The notes under the pieces are model-generated. The model saw only the letters and a program-made list of their open reading frames with translations, was not told the origin of the DNA and ran no database searches. Positions 63,702-64,000 of a DNA stretch of 64,000 nucleotides are shown here, one piece after another. Numbering within the stretch: the stretch's first letter is position 1; each line of letters opens with the position of its first letter. The position numbers were made by a program, and so were the translations under genes. The DNA is from Haliotis cracherodii (taxonomy: Eukaryota), in the NCBI RefSeq assembly GCF_022045235.1, contig NW_027266265.1:38130001-38194000 (forward strand), written 5' to 3'.

Positions 63702-64000
63702 TCGTGGAAATTTATAGAATCACATCATTCAAATTTGTATACCTTGGACCTATTTTATCGCTTATTTGAGTCTGGTTCTGGTGATGTGTGGATCGATAAC
63801 CAAACAATGCATACGGATAGTTGGCGTTTTTATGTTGATGAATAATGTAACCGGAAACCGTCGCGTTAAGCGTTCCTACAACATGTCACGCCTGCATACA
63901 TACACCCAGTAAAACTCCGTGTCAACATCTGCCGCACCAAACAACATTCACTCACTCACTCTCTCAACAAGAACGCCATGTACACAATTAATTATGAATT

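Overview
Repeat-rich eukaryotic DNA (inferred marine invertebrate, probably a mollusc such as abalone, judged from the SINE repertoire) with two assembly gaps and no confidently identifiable host gene. Most of the window is SINEs (four families, three sharing a 3' tail), MITEs (Mutator-like, Tc1/mariner-pogo, Kolobok-like, foldback), a Penelope-like fragment and about ten tandem arrays. The standout is a ~5.3-5.5 kb DNA transposon at ~27963/28075-33353/33438, inserted into a fossil mariner. It carries two intact co-oriented ORFs. One is a 771-aa transposase with the RAG1/Transib/Chapaev-type core (D362, D439, E695; Zn ligands C458/C461/H670/H675; C-terminal CX2CX3GHX4C motif). The other, directly upstream, is a ~233-aa protein with a chromo-barrel (Tudor-knot) domain, a possible chromatin-reading partner where RAG-like transposons have RAG2L. 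Also notable is an abundant SINE-like family with no tRNA head, a reproducible 5' end and a predicted pseudoknotted 5' domain. All assignments come from reading motifs by eye; no database search was run.
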